57,362 nucleotides of DNA from Girardia tigrina (GCA_001938485.1 MQRK01230384.1:1-57362), one strand, 5' to 3'. Shown: positions 25,283 to 39,191, counted from the stretch's first letter. The notes: generated from the sequence alone by a model not told the origin. Numbers and translations are program-made.

Positions 25283-25895
25283 TGGTACCCCGACAAATGC
25301 ACTAAAAGGGATTGCATAAATGTTTTGAAAATAATTTATTATTAATTCATTAAGGCTAAAAATATTTTTGGAATATAAATTCATGAATTGCTTTTGAAAA
25401 TAATTCAGTTTAGGGTTGGTGTAATGTATTTCAGTCATATGTTGTTTGTCATCATCCTACCATTTTCAAATTGGTTAATCACTTCTATCATGAACAGGGT
25501 GTGACAGAGCAAACTATAGATCGTATATTTAGTGGAATACTACTTAAACAGCCAGCAAATCTAAGTACGTTCAATTATCTAAACGTCTTGCTGCAATTAT
25601 TCTTACTTATAAATGATGTGAATTTAAGGATTATTTGCACGCTGTAGCTTTTAATATTGATATTTAGATTTTATCTTTTGGATAATTGATTAATTGATAA
25701 AAAAAGTTGTATTTTTCATCTTTTAGTCCATGATATTAAATTAATATTGACATTAAGAAATCCATTTTATTAATATTTTTTTTAAATATTACAAAAATAT
25801 TTTTAGCATTTACAAATTAATGATAGAAAATTTTCAAAAACATTTTTGCAATCACATTTTAGCGTATTTTTCGGCGCGCATCTGCCGGGTCACCC
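25283..25895 (+). mobile_element. Internally deleted MULE/Mutator-like element
   Basis: Imperfect TIRs (GGTACCCCGACAAATGC vs GGTGACCCGGCAGATGC); transposase C-terminus NNSV*GWCNVF...HHPTIFKLV...EQ...DYLHAVAFNI. Confidence 0.75.
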
Positions 25896-26875
25896 ATTTG
25901 TTTAACTTTCTGGCATTTGTAGATATAAATTAAAAGATTGTTTCTCTTTCCTATTTCTATTCATTTTTTATTATGACTTGGTAGTTAGTTGGATGTCGAT
26001 TTAGGTTTGAGGAATTGGTTAGTAAAAATAGTCAAATATTGGAAATATAATAATCAATATTTAAAGTTTTTAAACAATATTTGCTCAATATTTTATCATC
26101 AATTACTTTTTAAAATTCTAATATTTATTTTTCAGGAAAATATTTATTTTTTTTATTTATCATATAAAAATTATTGTACCATTACAGTTATATATATATA
26201 TGGTAAATACAATTCGGGAAACTCTGAAAATGGAATAAAGTTACTAAATTAAATCGAATTTCATTCCTTTAGTAAAATTGATATAAACCGTAGAGTTAAT
26301 TACAAAAATAATACATAAATTATTAAGACTAATTACAAAATTTCTGAGAAAATAGTTCTTAAATTTTAATTCAAGGATTCAAAATGAAAAACAAAAATAA
26401 GACAAATAAGAATGTAAAAATATATGTAATGTCAAATATATGTTTTTTTTAAATTTAAAGAACGATAAATGTCATAAAAATTAAAATTTTTTTTCACATT
26501 ATTTTGTATTATTATATTTATTTCAACGAAATTTATCTCACTCAATTTATCTCACGGATGATCATCAAAATTGCTCGTAGATCAAGCTCTAATTAACTAC
26601 AAATTTATAAAATTTGTAGTTCTAACAAAGTATTTCACTTAATTGCATAATGTGTTTAATCTGTATCGGAGCTGACAAGGAAAGAATGTGCTAAAAGATG
26701 TAACATTTGTAGACAGAACACTTATATCTATCTAGGTTTTAAATATTGGTTTCGTTTTACTTTATCGATTTTAAGTAGAAATATTTCATTGTATGTTTAA
26801 ATTTGGTTTTAGAGGTCAAGTTCCAAATTTATTTGAGCTAAAACAAAATAAATGTTATATTTTCGATTCTTTTTA

Positions 26876-27175
26876 TTAGTTTACTTTCTATATAGGTATA
26901 TATATATATATNNNNNNNNNNNNNNNNNNNNNNNNNNNNNNNNNNNNNNNNNNNNNNNNNNTATATATATATGTATATGTATATATATAGATCCATGGAA
27001 TTCTGAAACCTATTTCTGAAGGCTTTTTACTCAATCGATTTTCTTCAAAGTTTGCACACATACTCATTTTCTAGGACAATAAATGATTATGTAAAAATAA
27101 GATCGAAAAAAACATTTTAAGATCACAAAATTCGAAAAAACGAAAAATTCGGAGTCCCCGATATATATATATATA
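26876..27175 (+). repeat. Short interspersed repeat with internal (TA)n, possibly a non-autonomous Helitron/Helentron type
   Basis: TTAGYTTACTTTCTAYATAGG-(TA)n-TCCATG...TACTCAATCGATTTTCTTC shared with 46899-47008; the class assignment is inference. Confidence 0.6.
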
Positions 27176-27362
27176 TTAATTGCAAGATATCTACTTATAA
27201 ATTATAAGTAGTTTATATTAATTTTTAATGTATTTTTTAATTAAAATTTCTAAAATTTTACTTTTTTTAAATTTTAAAACTTTATGGGCAAAGTAGAGTT
27301 TTGTCTGCTAAAGAATGGATATAAAAAATTAATTTTTTTGATTTACTAGTTCATTATTAATA

Positions 27363-27961
27363 ATGGATATCGCCAAATTGGATCACTGATACTATTTAAA
27401 TAATATCACTAAAATTTTTTTAAGTTGGTGATACTATTTGGGTTGTGATACTATTTGGTGCTTTCAATTCCCATTAACAAAAATATCAAAATATGAATAA
27501 AAAAAGAATACAAATATCAATAATACTTTATTCATTAACGACATCCAATCATTCTACATCATCATTATCATCTAAACAGTCTGATCATCTACATATTCCC
27601 CGGAAATAGACTCGTAGGGAAATTGTTCAATCTGGTTTGAAACAGCCCAATCCTCGCAAAACTTTTTACCATACACATCATGCTTTGCTATATGCCAATC
27701 TTTAGGGTTCGAACTAAATCCTGATGATATTATTGAGTTTTGTATGGTTTCGGTTTTCAAAAATTCTCCGATTTAACAATTTAATTAAATGATTTTAAAA
27801 ATTAATGATTTTATATTTTTTATGATTTTTAAAAACTTAAATAGTGATACTAATAGGGTCGTGATACTATTTAAATAGTATCACTAAAAAATTTTTAAAT
27901 TGGTGATATTATTTGGGTCGTGATACTATATGGGTTGGTGATAATGATTGGCAATATCCGT
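27363..27961 (-). mobile_element. Non-autonomous TIR element with subterminal GTGATACTATTTGGG repeats and a short coding remnant
   Basis: TIR A(T/C)GGATAT(C/T)GCCAA flanked by TA; internal frame TIQNSIISSGF...DWHIAKHDVYGKKF. Confidence 0.7.
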
Positions 27962-29055
27962 TATGTTCAGTTTGTAAATATATTTATGTCTTAGGATTTT
28001 CTTTGTATTTTAGTTTCTGCTTTCGAATTGCTATTTGAAAATTATTTTAAAATATTATTTTCTTATTATTATAAATTTAGTTTTCGAGGTATTAGAGTTA
28101 TTTATTTTACGTAAATTGTTCCCAAAACATAAATGGTCGACGCCCTTAACAATATTTTTTTTGAAAGTGAAATTAAATATTTATTTTTTTGAACAGCCTT
28201 TTGCACAATTAAAAGGTTTATTGATAATAAATCGTTTATTTTCAACTTAATTTCCAAGGAAAATCTGCCACACCTAAGGCAAACTTTAGATACTGAAAAA
28301 TAATAATTTAACAAATGAAATTTTGATATTTTATTTTTATTAAATATATAAAATATCAGTATTTTATTTGTACTAAATTAAACAATATTGCTAATAAAAT
28401 TCCATTTACTCTAATTAAATGTCGATAAATTTATTTAAATTACTACTTCCAGTAAAACATATCACGCGATTCTCTTCTGAACGAAAGGAAAATTTGATCT
28501 TAATATATCGTATCTTTTATTGAATTTTTTAAATGCTGTCATATAATAACAAATTAAAATAAAATTAAGTGCATTAAAACAAAATTTAATTATAAATAAT
28601 GTTGCTTTTTTTAAGATTTTTAATTACATCTTTTTTTGTATCCTTTCTTTTATCGAACCTTTTCTAGTCAAAGTTTTAGCTCTTAACTTTTAAGTTTATA
28701 ATTTAAAACCCTTGAAAATTAAATAATAAATATTTAGTTTCATATTTACTAATTATTATATAAATAATATAAATTAAATCAAAAATTAGAATATCGTGGG
28801 AAAAAGAGAACAATGTTAGAAATTAGATGACCATCAACATTTTCGATTTGATTAACGTTTTTTCAAGATTTAAATAAGGAAAGAAGTTTTAAACAACTTC
28901 TTCTAGATAAAATATGCAAAGAAAGTTTCTAAAAGTATATATTTAAAACTTAAAGAAGTATATGAGAATAATGGAAGGAAGTGCAAATTCAAATCTTTTA
29001 ATTTTCCAAATGTTGAAAAGAATTCATCAATTCGTGAGACAAATCAGCTTCGTTA

Positions 29056-30338
29056 TTAAGGTGAACCAAAAGTCTTTTCGTATTTTTTATTAAAAATTTA
29101 AACATAATTTTACAACAAATAAAAAACATTTAAGTTTCAAAGTAAAGGCCATTTGAATCTATAGCTTGAACCCATCTATGGGCAAATTGTGCGATCCCGC
29201 TGCGGTACCAATCCTTGTTCTTTGAAGCGAAGAACTGGTGACACCCGTTTTCGACCTCGGCCAGATTATTGAAGCTGCGACCACGTAGAAAGTGTACCAT
29301 AGAGCGGAAAAAGTGATAGTCGGATGGCGCAAGATCAGGACTATATGCTGGGTGTGGAAGAAGTTCAAAGGCGTCGAGATTTTTGATTTTTTCCTTTGTT
29401 TGTTTGGTGGTGTGCGGTTTTGCATTGTCCTGTTGTAAAAGAACTCGCTTTCGATTGATCAAAGCGAGGTATTTCTCGCCTAGTGCTGCATACATTCGAT
29501 CAAGTTTGGTGCAGTAAAGGTCAGCGTCAATGGTACGACCATTTGGAACCAGCTCAAAGTGAATCATGCCTTCGAAATTCCACCAAACACACAAAAGTGC
29601 TACCTTGAGAAACGATCTCGTTTTGCTACCGGTTTCGCCATTTGTCCGGGGTCCAACCATTGATTTTGCTAATCTGGATTACTGACGTAAACCAACTTTT
29701 ATCGCAAGTTACAATTCGACTCGTGAAACGGTCATCGCGTGGATTTTCAAGCAATTTTGACAAGTTTCGAAATGCATTTCGGCTTGAATTTGTGTCAATT
29801 CATGAGGCACTTCTCGACATCGTCTGTTGACCTTGCCAAGGCGTGAAGGTGTCGTACAATAGATGTTTGAGGAATAATGAGTTCGGCCGACATTCTGCGA
29901 GTACTTATTGATGGATTTGTCTCGACGGCTCAACGAATTGCTTCGGAATCTACGGTGATAGGTCGGCCTGAACATGCATTTTCTCCGAGGTCAATGTCGC
30001 CTTCGTTGAACCTTTTGAACCAATTTTGTGCAGTACGATTTGAGATCACATTATCGCCTTCAACTTCGCATATCTTCTTTGTTGCTGCAGTTGCGTTTAA
30101 GCCATGTTTTCAGTAATGGCGTAAAAGAACACGAATTTCAAAAATTTTCATGATTTTTCTAAATGACCATAAAAATTATATTAACGACTAAGTAGAAGTT
30201 TTAATATATATTGTGATAGAGCGGTTCAAGAGCTTTCAAAACATATAACACATGTATATAAAATATCTTCATTTGGTAATAAGAAACAATTGAACAAAAA
30301 GACGTAGAAAATATGAAAAGACTTTTGGTTCACCCTAA
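29056..30338 (-). mobile_element. Full-length mariner transposon, inactivated transposase
   Basis: TIRs TTA(A/G)GGTGAACCAAAAGTCTTTTC(G/A)TATTT, TA TSD, 1283 bp; ATG at 30151 with an early stop; VPHEL, CVWWN, QDNAKPH, YSPDLAPSDYHFF. Confidence 0.97.
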
Positions 30339-31194
30339 TAAAATAAACAGCGCTCACTTTCGCAGTATTTTTTTAATGTATGTAAATCGGAATTTACGAT
30401 GATTACAAACCAAATCGATTCAAATTCAAAATTGAAAAAAAATAATCGACAATTTCTTCGTAACTCGAGGTTAGAGTCATCTAATTTTGCGAGAATTAGC
30501 AACTGGTTCCCAATGGTCTACACCAATTACTGTGCAGTGTTATGATTCAGATTGTGGAGTCGATACTTCGTTTTGGGTGAGCCAATAATCAAGGTTTTTC
30601 AGAGCGGCTGATGTTTCCAAACTCCGACTAAATATTGTTTTTTCAAGACGAACTTTTCATTAAGACTTATGAGATATTTAACATTGATTTTGTTAATTTA
30701 CACATACTCGCAAGAGTTTATTCGTTAAAAGTATAACTCCCTGGAAAGTCTGAATTGTTGAGTTTCAAAAAGTTCCATTTAATGAAAATAAATAAATGGA
30801 AAATTAATATTAATCTGTCTAATATTGAAATTAATTAATTATTGATACATGATCAACATTGAAAACAGAATCAGTTAATTTCATTTTATCATCCTTTCGA
30901 TTTGCTAACTTGCTAATTCCGATAGTACAGTTTTCCTATTTGAAGACGTACAAAAGAAATCCTTATCTCTTATTAAGAAGATTTTTACTAATATTACAAC
31001 CTGAATTGTCCTAAGAAAAATCATCAGCAAAACTCTCACAAATGTCCGTCTTTCTAGATTAATAAATTACATATAAAAAAGTTAAAATTAATTTAAATAT
31101 AAGACTATTTTAATGCTTTTTATAATTATATATGATATATTTGTCTAAAAAATATGTTTGTTTTTTTTCGTTTGTAAATCACACTAAGAAATGT

Positions 31195-31370
31195 GAAATT
31201 GCAGAAGAACTGGAATGAATCCATTTAAGGATGTCGTCAATCTGGATAGCCCGATCAAGATGTTTCTGTCGGTACAGCGCCTTTGCCGAAAAACGCCGTC
31301 AAACCGACGAAATCGATCGAAAAGCGTGTTGGTCGTTAAATTGTAAAATCAACATCGATTTCGAATATTG
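31195..31370 (-). repeat. Diverged copy of the GC-richer repeat at 51690-51936
   Basis: Reverse complement aligns collinearly (AAATCG.TGTTGATTT, ATTTAACGACC, ACCGACAGAA, ATCCAGATTGAC). Confidence 0.8.
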
Positions 31371-31805
31371 ACGATTAGTATGATTCCTACAAGGAAATTC
31401 ATGAAATAATAAATAATAAATTATATTAATTACGATTTGAAAATTAAAACAGAAGCTTTCAAAGACGAAAATTCAGCTCATCCGTCTTTTTCTAGTTTTG
31501 AAATAATTTTTAATTTAATAATAAAATATATGTACAACTTTACAAATGTTATGTCTGAATAATCTGAATATCAAAAATAATAAAAATATTCATAGTCAAT
31601 GTTAGTAACAGAGACAATTTCATAACAACAGATAATACAATAAACATTTTTTTGGATTTTTGATGATTTAAAACAATAAAAGAAACGATTATTATTTGAA
31701 AGTTGTAAGATATTTCAAAATATTGTTGAAGGACAAATGTTTGAATAAAATACATTTAATTTCATATACTAAATTTCCTAATATTTTATGAAATTATTTT
31801 TTGAT

Positions 31806-32250
31806 TGTGAGGAAAATTCTGAATGTTGTAAGTTTGTTGTTTGTATGCTGTTTAGATTTGTGACTCTCCTACTCAGATGGGATTGATATGTTATTTGATT
31901 GATTATTTGAATCTAATGAAATTAATTTAATGAGATTAATTTTTAAATATTAATTAATTAAAAGTTTTATAATTATAAATTTTAAAAATATTTTTAGTAA
32001 ACGATTTAACTGATTAAATTTAATATAATTTAAAAACTAATGTTTATTTAAAATTTATTTAAAGCATTTTTATCCAATAAAACTTTGAGAAGTGGAAAGT
32101 TAATATTATTTATATCTCATTTTTTAATCAAAGATTTGCATGTAGCTACAAAAACATATTAATGAAGAACGATGATTTCCGCAGAATGTGCTACTGAAAA
32201 TGAGTCTGTGTAGTTAAGAAATGTTTTCATACAAATTGTGATGTTGCTAA
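31806..32250 (+). repeat. Solo gypsy LTR
   Basis: TGTGAGG start; close match to 14728-15050. Confidence 0.8.
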
Positions 32251-32692
32251 TTAGGATTAAAATCTTTTTGGAAAATAAATTAGTTTCAAAAAAAGCAAAG
32301 GGTTTAATCTTCAAAACATGAAATATTTTGAGTTAAACTGTTACATGAAAGATTTGTTTTTGGAGAATAATCAGCAACCCCTTTGGTTTTAGTTATTTAG
32401 GCTTTCTCGTCACCATATCTTTGACTTTTATATTTTTTAAATATTTGAATTTTAAGAAACCTTTTTAACATCATAGAAACGATTTTTGTATTAAACACCG
32501 AAATTTCAAAGGAACGTAAAAAAGAATATTTCGTTTTTTCAAATAATATATATAAAGCAATTTTTTAAAATCCCTACATTGATACACTGATATAGTCTGA
32601 ACCGCTTACACAAGTTCTCATCAATAGGTCAATAAGTAAACTAGAAAATAAAAGATTTGTAAAATATATTATTGTTGCAGAACAATATTTTA

Positions 32693-32935
32693 TTAGGTTG
32701 AAAAGAAAGTTTTGCACGATTTATTTTAAACTTTATATTTAAATAAAAATATAAAAAAGTTTGTGAATTATCAACGAAATTTTTATCACCTTCAACCACC
32801 TTTATGACAGTGACCGGATGCCTCTTTCATCGAAGCTGGCTGGCTTGAGCTCGAAAAACTGAGAAATGTTTTTTTGGATATTTTCCAAGTTCGAAAAACT
32901 TTTTTCTTTGACGAAGGGCTCTATTGATCGGAAAA
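32693..32935 (-). mobile_element. Mariner 3' fragment
   Basis: TA-TTAGGTTG TIR; FRSIEPFVKEKSF...FFELKPASFDERGIRSLS*RW. Confidence 0.8.
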
Positions 32936-33367
32936 AGGGGTAGTCTGTAGGTTATAAGTCTAGTTGGCACACAGGCTGGGGTAAGACCTCTAAGCTTATA
33001 TTTTTCTATTGTATCCTGGGTAATTTTCCCTACATGTGGCGTCGTGTTATATCATATACCCATGTAGCCATATTCTATGCAAAGATTTGATTAAACGTGT
33101 TAATTGTTGTGGATAAAGTACAGTAATAAGTGTTAGACAATAATCAAAAAGAATAACAAAAACAGAATTAAAAATATGTTTAAATTATTCAATAATAATA
33201 AAATATATTAAAAATCTTATTTTTGTTGAAATATTATTAATTTTTTCCCCTATAGTTTTATTTTCAATATGATTTTTATTATTATTAACTTTAAAGTGAA
33301 AAAGAAAATTCTGAATTTTATTCACTGAAGCGTTATGATTGAAATATGAATATTATTTCGTTTTTAG

Positions 33368-33561
33368 ATAATCAGCCTGACGGACTGGATTTTTCAAGCA
33401 GTGATTTAATTCAAAACGGTCATTCAACGAGTCTTTTAGCTATCAGTCAAATACAGAGCAGTCCAGAAATTATTCCCACACCCTTTTGCCATACTAAATC
33501 AAATGATCAAATCACTCCCAGCTCCATGAGACAATTCATTCAAGCATACACTTCCCCTTTA
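33368..33561 (+). CDS. Probable cytoplasmic-tail exon of the protocadherin gene
   Basis: TTTTTAG acceptor and TTA/GTAAGT donor; stop-free Ser/Pro/Gln-rich frame; phase 1 start matches the phase 1 donor at 24707 (G+AT = Asp). Confidence 0.75.
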
Positions 33562-33692
33562 GTAAGTGAACAAAATTGTAAATTACCTGGACTAAAGAAA
33601 ATTATTTCGATCATTTGAGCATTATAATTTAATTATATTTTTAATTGATTAAAATTTAAATATGGACATAAATTTTTATTTTAAAAAGTTAT

Positions 33693-34280
33693 TGTGATGA
33701 ATGTTTTTGAATGGTGTTTAGCGTATGTCGTTTGGAATGTTGTTTCAGGATTGTGTTTCTCCCACCCAGATGGAAGATTGATATTTTACATATTTAAAAA
33801 CGTTGGATTATTTTATTAATTTTTAAATCAACTTTAAAATTAAATTAATATATCATAAATATTATTTAATTTCTTTAAATCAAATGGTAAATTTAGTCAT
33901 TAAATAAAAATAACACCATTTTAATTTTAAATTTTTATTGGAAAACATGTCTCACCACTTTTGTGGCATCTTCAGATCTGTATTTAATTAGAAAGTTATT
34001 GTTTATATAGAAAGATGACCATTACGTCACAGTGTGTCATAAATATTATATTTAAAATATTTTTTTAAAATAATGACAATTATTTTGTAATCGGATTGTA
34101 AATTAAATTGTCCTTTAAATTTGTTTTGGAATAATAAAACGTTTAGAAATAAAATTAAAATTTATCAATCAAGAACGATGCCGAGCTACGAAAGTTTTGT
34201 GGAGAATTGTCCTAGTGGCAATTTAAATTGTGATATTAATAAATGTATTAAAAAATATAATTAATAGTCTTAATAGTTAT
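33693..34280 (+). repeat. Solo gypsy LTR interrupted by a short Penelope-like insert
   Basis: TGTGATGA start, TCTCCCACCCAGATGG box, 3' part like 10410-10470 and 15590-15685. Confidence 0.7.
33941..34145 (-). mobile_element. Short Penelope-like 3' end with decayed hammerhead motif
   Basis: Minus strand CUGAAGA-U-GCCAC-AAAA-GUGGU-GAGA-CAUGUU; flank resembles 8685-8745. Confidence 0.6.
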
Positions 34281-36376
34281 AATATATATCTTTGGATAAC
34301 GACCTTCTTATCGAACTCTTGGAAATAAGGTTGAAATGAAGACTTGGATTCATTCACAGCTTTTATTCTTTCAGTTTAACTATTATAATTTTAATATTTT
34401 TAATAATGCTGGTAATTATATTGTTAATGAATTTTATCAGATATATTTTATTTATGTTGAGAGTACATACAGAATCATGAATATAATCAGATTATAATCT
34501 TAAATATAATTATAATATTCCAAAATAATGGCGGTTTTCTGGCGTATATTCCAAAATAGTATATTTTTATTTAAAATAAGATATATTAATAATATTTAAA
34601 ATAAAATTCATTATACTTCATTTCATTTTTTCAAATGAGATACAAGTATTTTTTATTTAGTAATTTGGAAATCTGGATTTAAAATTTCCTGAATTCATTG
34701 TAGGTTGCTTTTATATTAGATTATTAGTTTATAAAAACCTCTCTTGACTGGACGGATAACTGATTATCTTAGAGACTTCAATATCAGCATCAGCGTACAG
34801 GGCAGTGAGTCATAGAAACCATAAATATTTAATAGAAAGCGTACTGCATTTCTCGCACGGCTTAGGATGCAAGAATGAGGGCTTTCAGAACACGGGCACG
34901 CCTCGTTTCTCAGTCACAAAGGACCAGTCATCATCCGTTGTACAGTGATTCTGCAGAGCCTTGGCTGTGTAAGCACATTAAAAATTATCTTTTAAGTTAT
35001 TTTCCCCGTCAAAAAGTTTTCTAAATTGTTTAAAAATGGTAACTAGCTTTTCACCGCTGAATTCTCAAAGTGTACCCCATACATAATATTTCTTCATCTC
35101 AGAGTCATCCATTTAATCACTAAATATCGTGTGTAAAATTTTCTTAAATAACGTAAGAAATAATTAAATAAATTAAAAAAAATTAAAAGTGATGACAATA
35201 AGTGAAGGCATTATTTAGATTTTTTCAATAATAATAATAAAGTTTAGGAAAACCTTATAACTGTTAACTCAAATGCTTAGATAAAAAATTTTTTTATATA
35301 AATAATGGTTTAGGATTTCTCTAGAAACGTATATAATTACTGAAGAATCAGAAGTAATTAATTTGTTTAATATAAAATATATTTTATAAATTTAAAACTA
35401 TACATTAAAAATGAAGTACTTAATTAACTTACAAGTCATAACGAAGTGAAGACATAGGTTAAGAATATAAAGCTTAAAAAGCATATTATAAAATAATAAT
35501 AAAAATGCCATAAAACTGCATGTATTACAATTAACTAGTATAAGTAAATAAATAAATGATAATTAAATTACTTGAAAAATCAAAAAATATAAATAAAAAA
35601 TAAATTAATAAACACATGTTTTTGTTTTTTAATAATTACATATAGGTAATAGTAATTGTAAAAATAAAATTTAATATAATATTATATAAAAATAATGTTT
35701 TTCTAAATCTTGATTAATATAATTATTTTTTAATGCATTTAATTAGTCAATTTAAAATTTATTCTAATTTTGTTTAATTCAGAACTGTTTTGAAAAAAAA
35801 ATATAATTATCAAAAAATAATGAATAATCTCAGATTTCTTTTCATGAAATATATATTTTGAAAAAATTATATTACAAATTTTATCGAATACATATTTTAA
35901 ATTTTTATAATAAAACTATGATAAGATTTATTTTTAGATTGACTTAAATTTACTTTCAATTTAATAATTTATTTATAATGGAATTTTCCATTCTTAGAAA
36001 AAAACTAAATTTTAGAAAAATAAATAATTAAAATATATTAATTTAATAATGTGTAAAAGTTAAATAAATAAAATATTTCTTTCTAGAATGAATATTTTCC
36101 TGAAAATAAATTAATAATATCAATATATTATGCGATACTTCTCGATATTTTTGTTATTTATTTTTTCTTGTCTTATCCTTCAATTTCTGGGTTGGAAAAC
36201 AACGAAAAACGGAACCGCTTTTTTATCTTGAAGTTCTAACTTAATAAGATGGAGTGAAACATTATTTTGTATTGAAAAATTGTCACTTTCAATTAATTGA
36301 TATTTAAAAATTCATTTCTTGTCAATTCTCCATGCTTAGAAATCCTTATCGATGACCTCTGGCTTTGGTCCCATCA

Positions 36377-36930
36377 CAGTATCGGTCTCGCTGTCACAAA
36401 CCACCTTAATAATAAACAATTTCTGTCAAACTGGACAAAATATTTTAAAATTAGATAAAAATTTTTATTATACTTTCTGTAAAGAAAGAAAATTGCAATT
36501 AATATTTTACTTACGAACGTAAGGTGTTCCAGCTGCCGAATTTGTAATATTTCTGGCCATATATCTAACGTATCCCAAACAGTCACTTTCTGTTATTTGA
36601 CTAACTTCATTCATAATCATTTCAGGCAAATTAATGTTAATATTATTAGCCAATATAGCTCGAATACCAGATTTTATGTTTGAAAATGAATTTTCAATCG
36701 GATTCAACATATATGAATAAGGAGAAAGAAAATGGAATGAGAAATGATATTATTCAGTTTACTTTGCAATTTTTGCTGGGAATGAACTCTTGCATTGTCC
36801 AATATAAAAAAGCATTATGTATTTTCTCAACATTTAAAACATGATCGCAGAGCTCTTCTAAATACTCTTCAAAAACATTAGAATTTACTGTGGTATTGCT
36901 AATCACTTTACTTTTACAAAACACTCTGTT
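36377..36930 (-). mobile_element. Tc1/IS630-like (DDE_3 type) transposase 3' fragment
   Basis: FILDNARVH...HFLSPYSYMLNPIENSFSNIK; CAGT-type terminus at 36377. Confidence 0.8.
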
Positions 36931-37088
36931 TTAAACAATAATAATTTATTCTAAAATTACCATTTTGTATATACATATACCTTTTTGTATATGCAACTTT
37001 TTCAAAATTGATTGGGCATTCTTTCAATCGAAATTTAAACGCTGATTTTGTTCAATGTCATTTGTTTTATAATATGGATTTTTTATAC

Positions 37089-38267
37089 TATGAAATTCGT
37101 AGGCATGATTACAAAAAATTGAAATAGTTATTATTTGAAAAAGACGTAATATTTTGATGCTCAGTTTTTTCTGTTTGATTTCTTTATATTTTGGCTATGT
37201 AAAAAAATAAAGAAACAATTATTAAAATTATTAATAACTTGTTTTAATAGTTAGTAATTTGAAAAATCGAAAAGGCAGAAATTCGAACTATTACAAAGTA
37301 CGATTTAATATATAGAAGCTCAGCATCAGAAACCATGCGAAACATCACTAGTGCTTTTGGATATAAAGTTACTATGCAGCGGACATTCTCAAATTTGTAC
37401 ATGAAATTCCTGAAATGTAATTTTAATCTCGAAAATAAGTCTCAGGTTTGCCTAGAAACGCCGATAAATAAGTACATAATGAAGGTAGCCATGGAGTGAG
37501 AACCATCATAAAATTGTCATGATTCATTACTAACATTAACTGTAATAGAGCAAACAATATTGAATCACTTGGCTAAAAATGATAATATTAAAAAAATTCG
37601 ATATGTTGATGCCATATGAGTTTAATTAAAACCAGAAAAAAGCGTTTGAATGCTTGCTTGATGATGCTTTCTCTTGGATCCAATATGATAATTGCAAACG
37701 TTTAGTAAGCTAGATGAAGAGAAACGAAACACTAAAACATAATCTAAAGCACAAAATTAATCAAAAGAAGTTAAAGATGAGTGTTTGGTAGTCTGCTGTA
37801 AGTGAAATATATTATGACTTTATGAAATCTGGTTTGTCGATCACAGAAAAGATGTCTACTACAACTAATTAGAAGATATACTGTGGAAACTCAAAAAAAA
37901 GCAGCCGCGTTTGGTAAACAGATTGTCTCCCATCTTACTCAAAGACAATACAAAACAAAATTATCCGTACTGACATAACTTAGCTTCAACGGTCTATTCT
38001 TTCTTTCTCAATTAGAATAACCTTTGATTGAACAAAATTTCATTTCCGCAGATGTCGTAAAAATGACCTTCCAGAAATTTATAGATTCTCGCTCTCCAAT
38101 TGTTTATTCAAATGACCTTAATAAGCTGCCGCTCAAATGGCAAAAGTGTTTCAAAAATATGGATGCATATTTTGATGAATGACATAAATATTTGTATTGG
38201 TTAATTATAATTTAAATATAAATAAACTTGGGCCTTATTTCTTCAAATTTCATACTTGACGACCTAA
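37089..38267 (+). mobile_element. Heavily decayed mariner transposon
   Basis: Right TIR TTTCATACTTGACGACCTAA-TA, partial left TIR; EKAEIRTITKY...SETMRNITSAFG; LVNRLSPILLKDN; LPLKWQKC. Confidence 0.85.
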
Positions 38268-39191
38268 TAATATAAAAGCTTTCTAGTTTTTTATTTTAAT
38301 ATTCTTCTATTTTTCTGAGAATAAATTTTTTTTAATATTTTCCAACTCAATCAAAAATTTAATTTTTTTTAAAAAAACTTTATTTTTTATTTTTTAAAAA
38401 ATGACACAAACATTTTTCTTGATTGTCTACAAATTTTTTCAATTGCAAATTAATAAAATAAAAAATAATTATGAAGAAAATTTCGATGAACTTTGTAAAA
38501 AAACTTTTACCAACTTTTCTTTGCCCTAATCAACAATTTAATGGACTTGTAAATTAATTTTTTGACAAGCTTGAGAAGGATGAAATGTCGATTTTTGTTT
38601 TGTTTGAATTTTTTTGTTTTACTGATACGATTTTAAAGATAAAAACAATAAATAAAAATTATTTTTTTGTTTAAAATATTATTATAAATAATTATTAAAA
38701 TATATATAATAATAATTAGAAAAATATTTATTTATATATTTTGGATTTATATTTATATTTATATTACAAAAAAATTCCAAAATTATTTAAACAAAAAATA
38801 ATTTTAATAATAAATTATAAATTCTACATAATTCTTTTGAATTAAAATTAATTAAAAGTATTACATGAGACGATATATTTTAACGAATTTTATTGTTTTA
38901 ATTAGTTTTTAAATGAATTAATTCATTTTTATCGACATTAATTTGAATCATTATTTATTATAATTTTTATTCGTCTTTAATAACAAATTTTATTTTTTAA
39001 AAATATTATTTTATGTATATATATACATGTATATATAACATTAAAATTTTATTTTTCATTAAATTATTTTTTCTTTAAAGTGATAATAATTAAAATGATA
39101 TATTATTATGAGTCACTCATAAATTATAAATTATTTAATAAAAAAGCATAATATTTGTATAATTTATAATTCCTCTTATAATAATTTTCAG

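Noticed and set aside
32936-33140. Possible integrase zinc-binding remnant next to the mariner fragment
   Set aside because: Too degenerate to call by eye.
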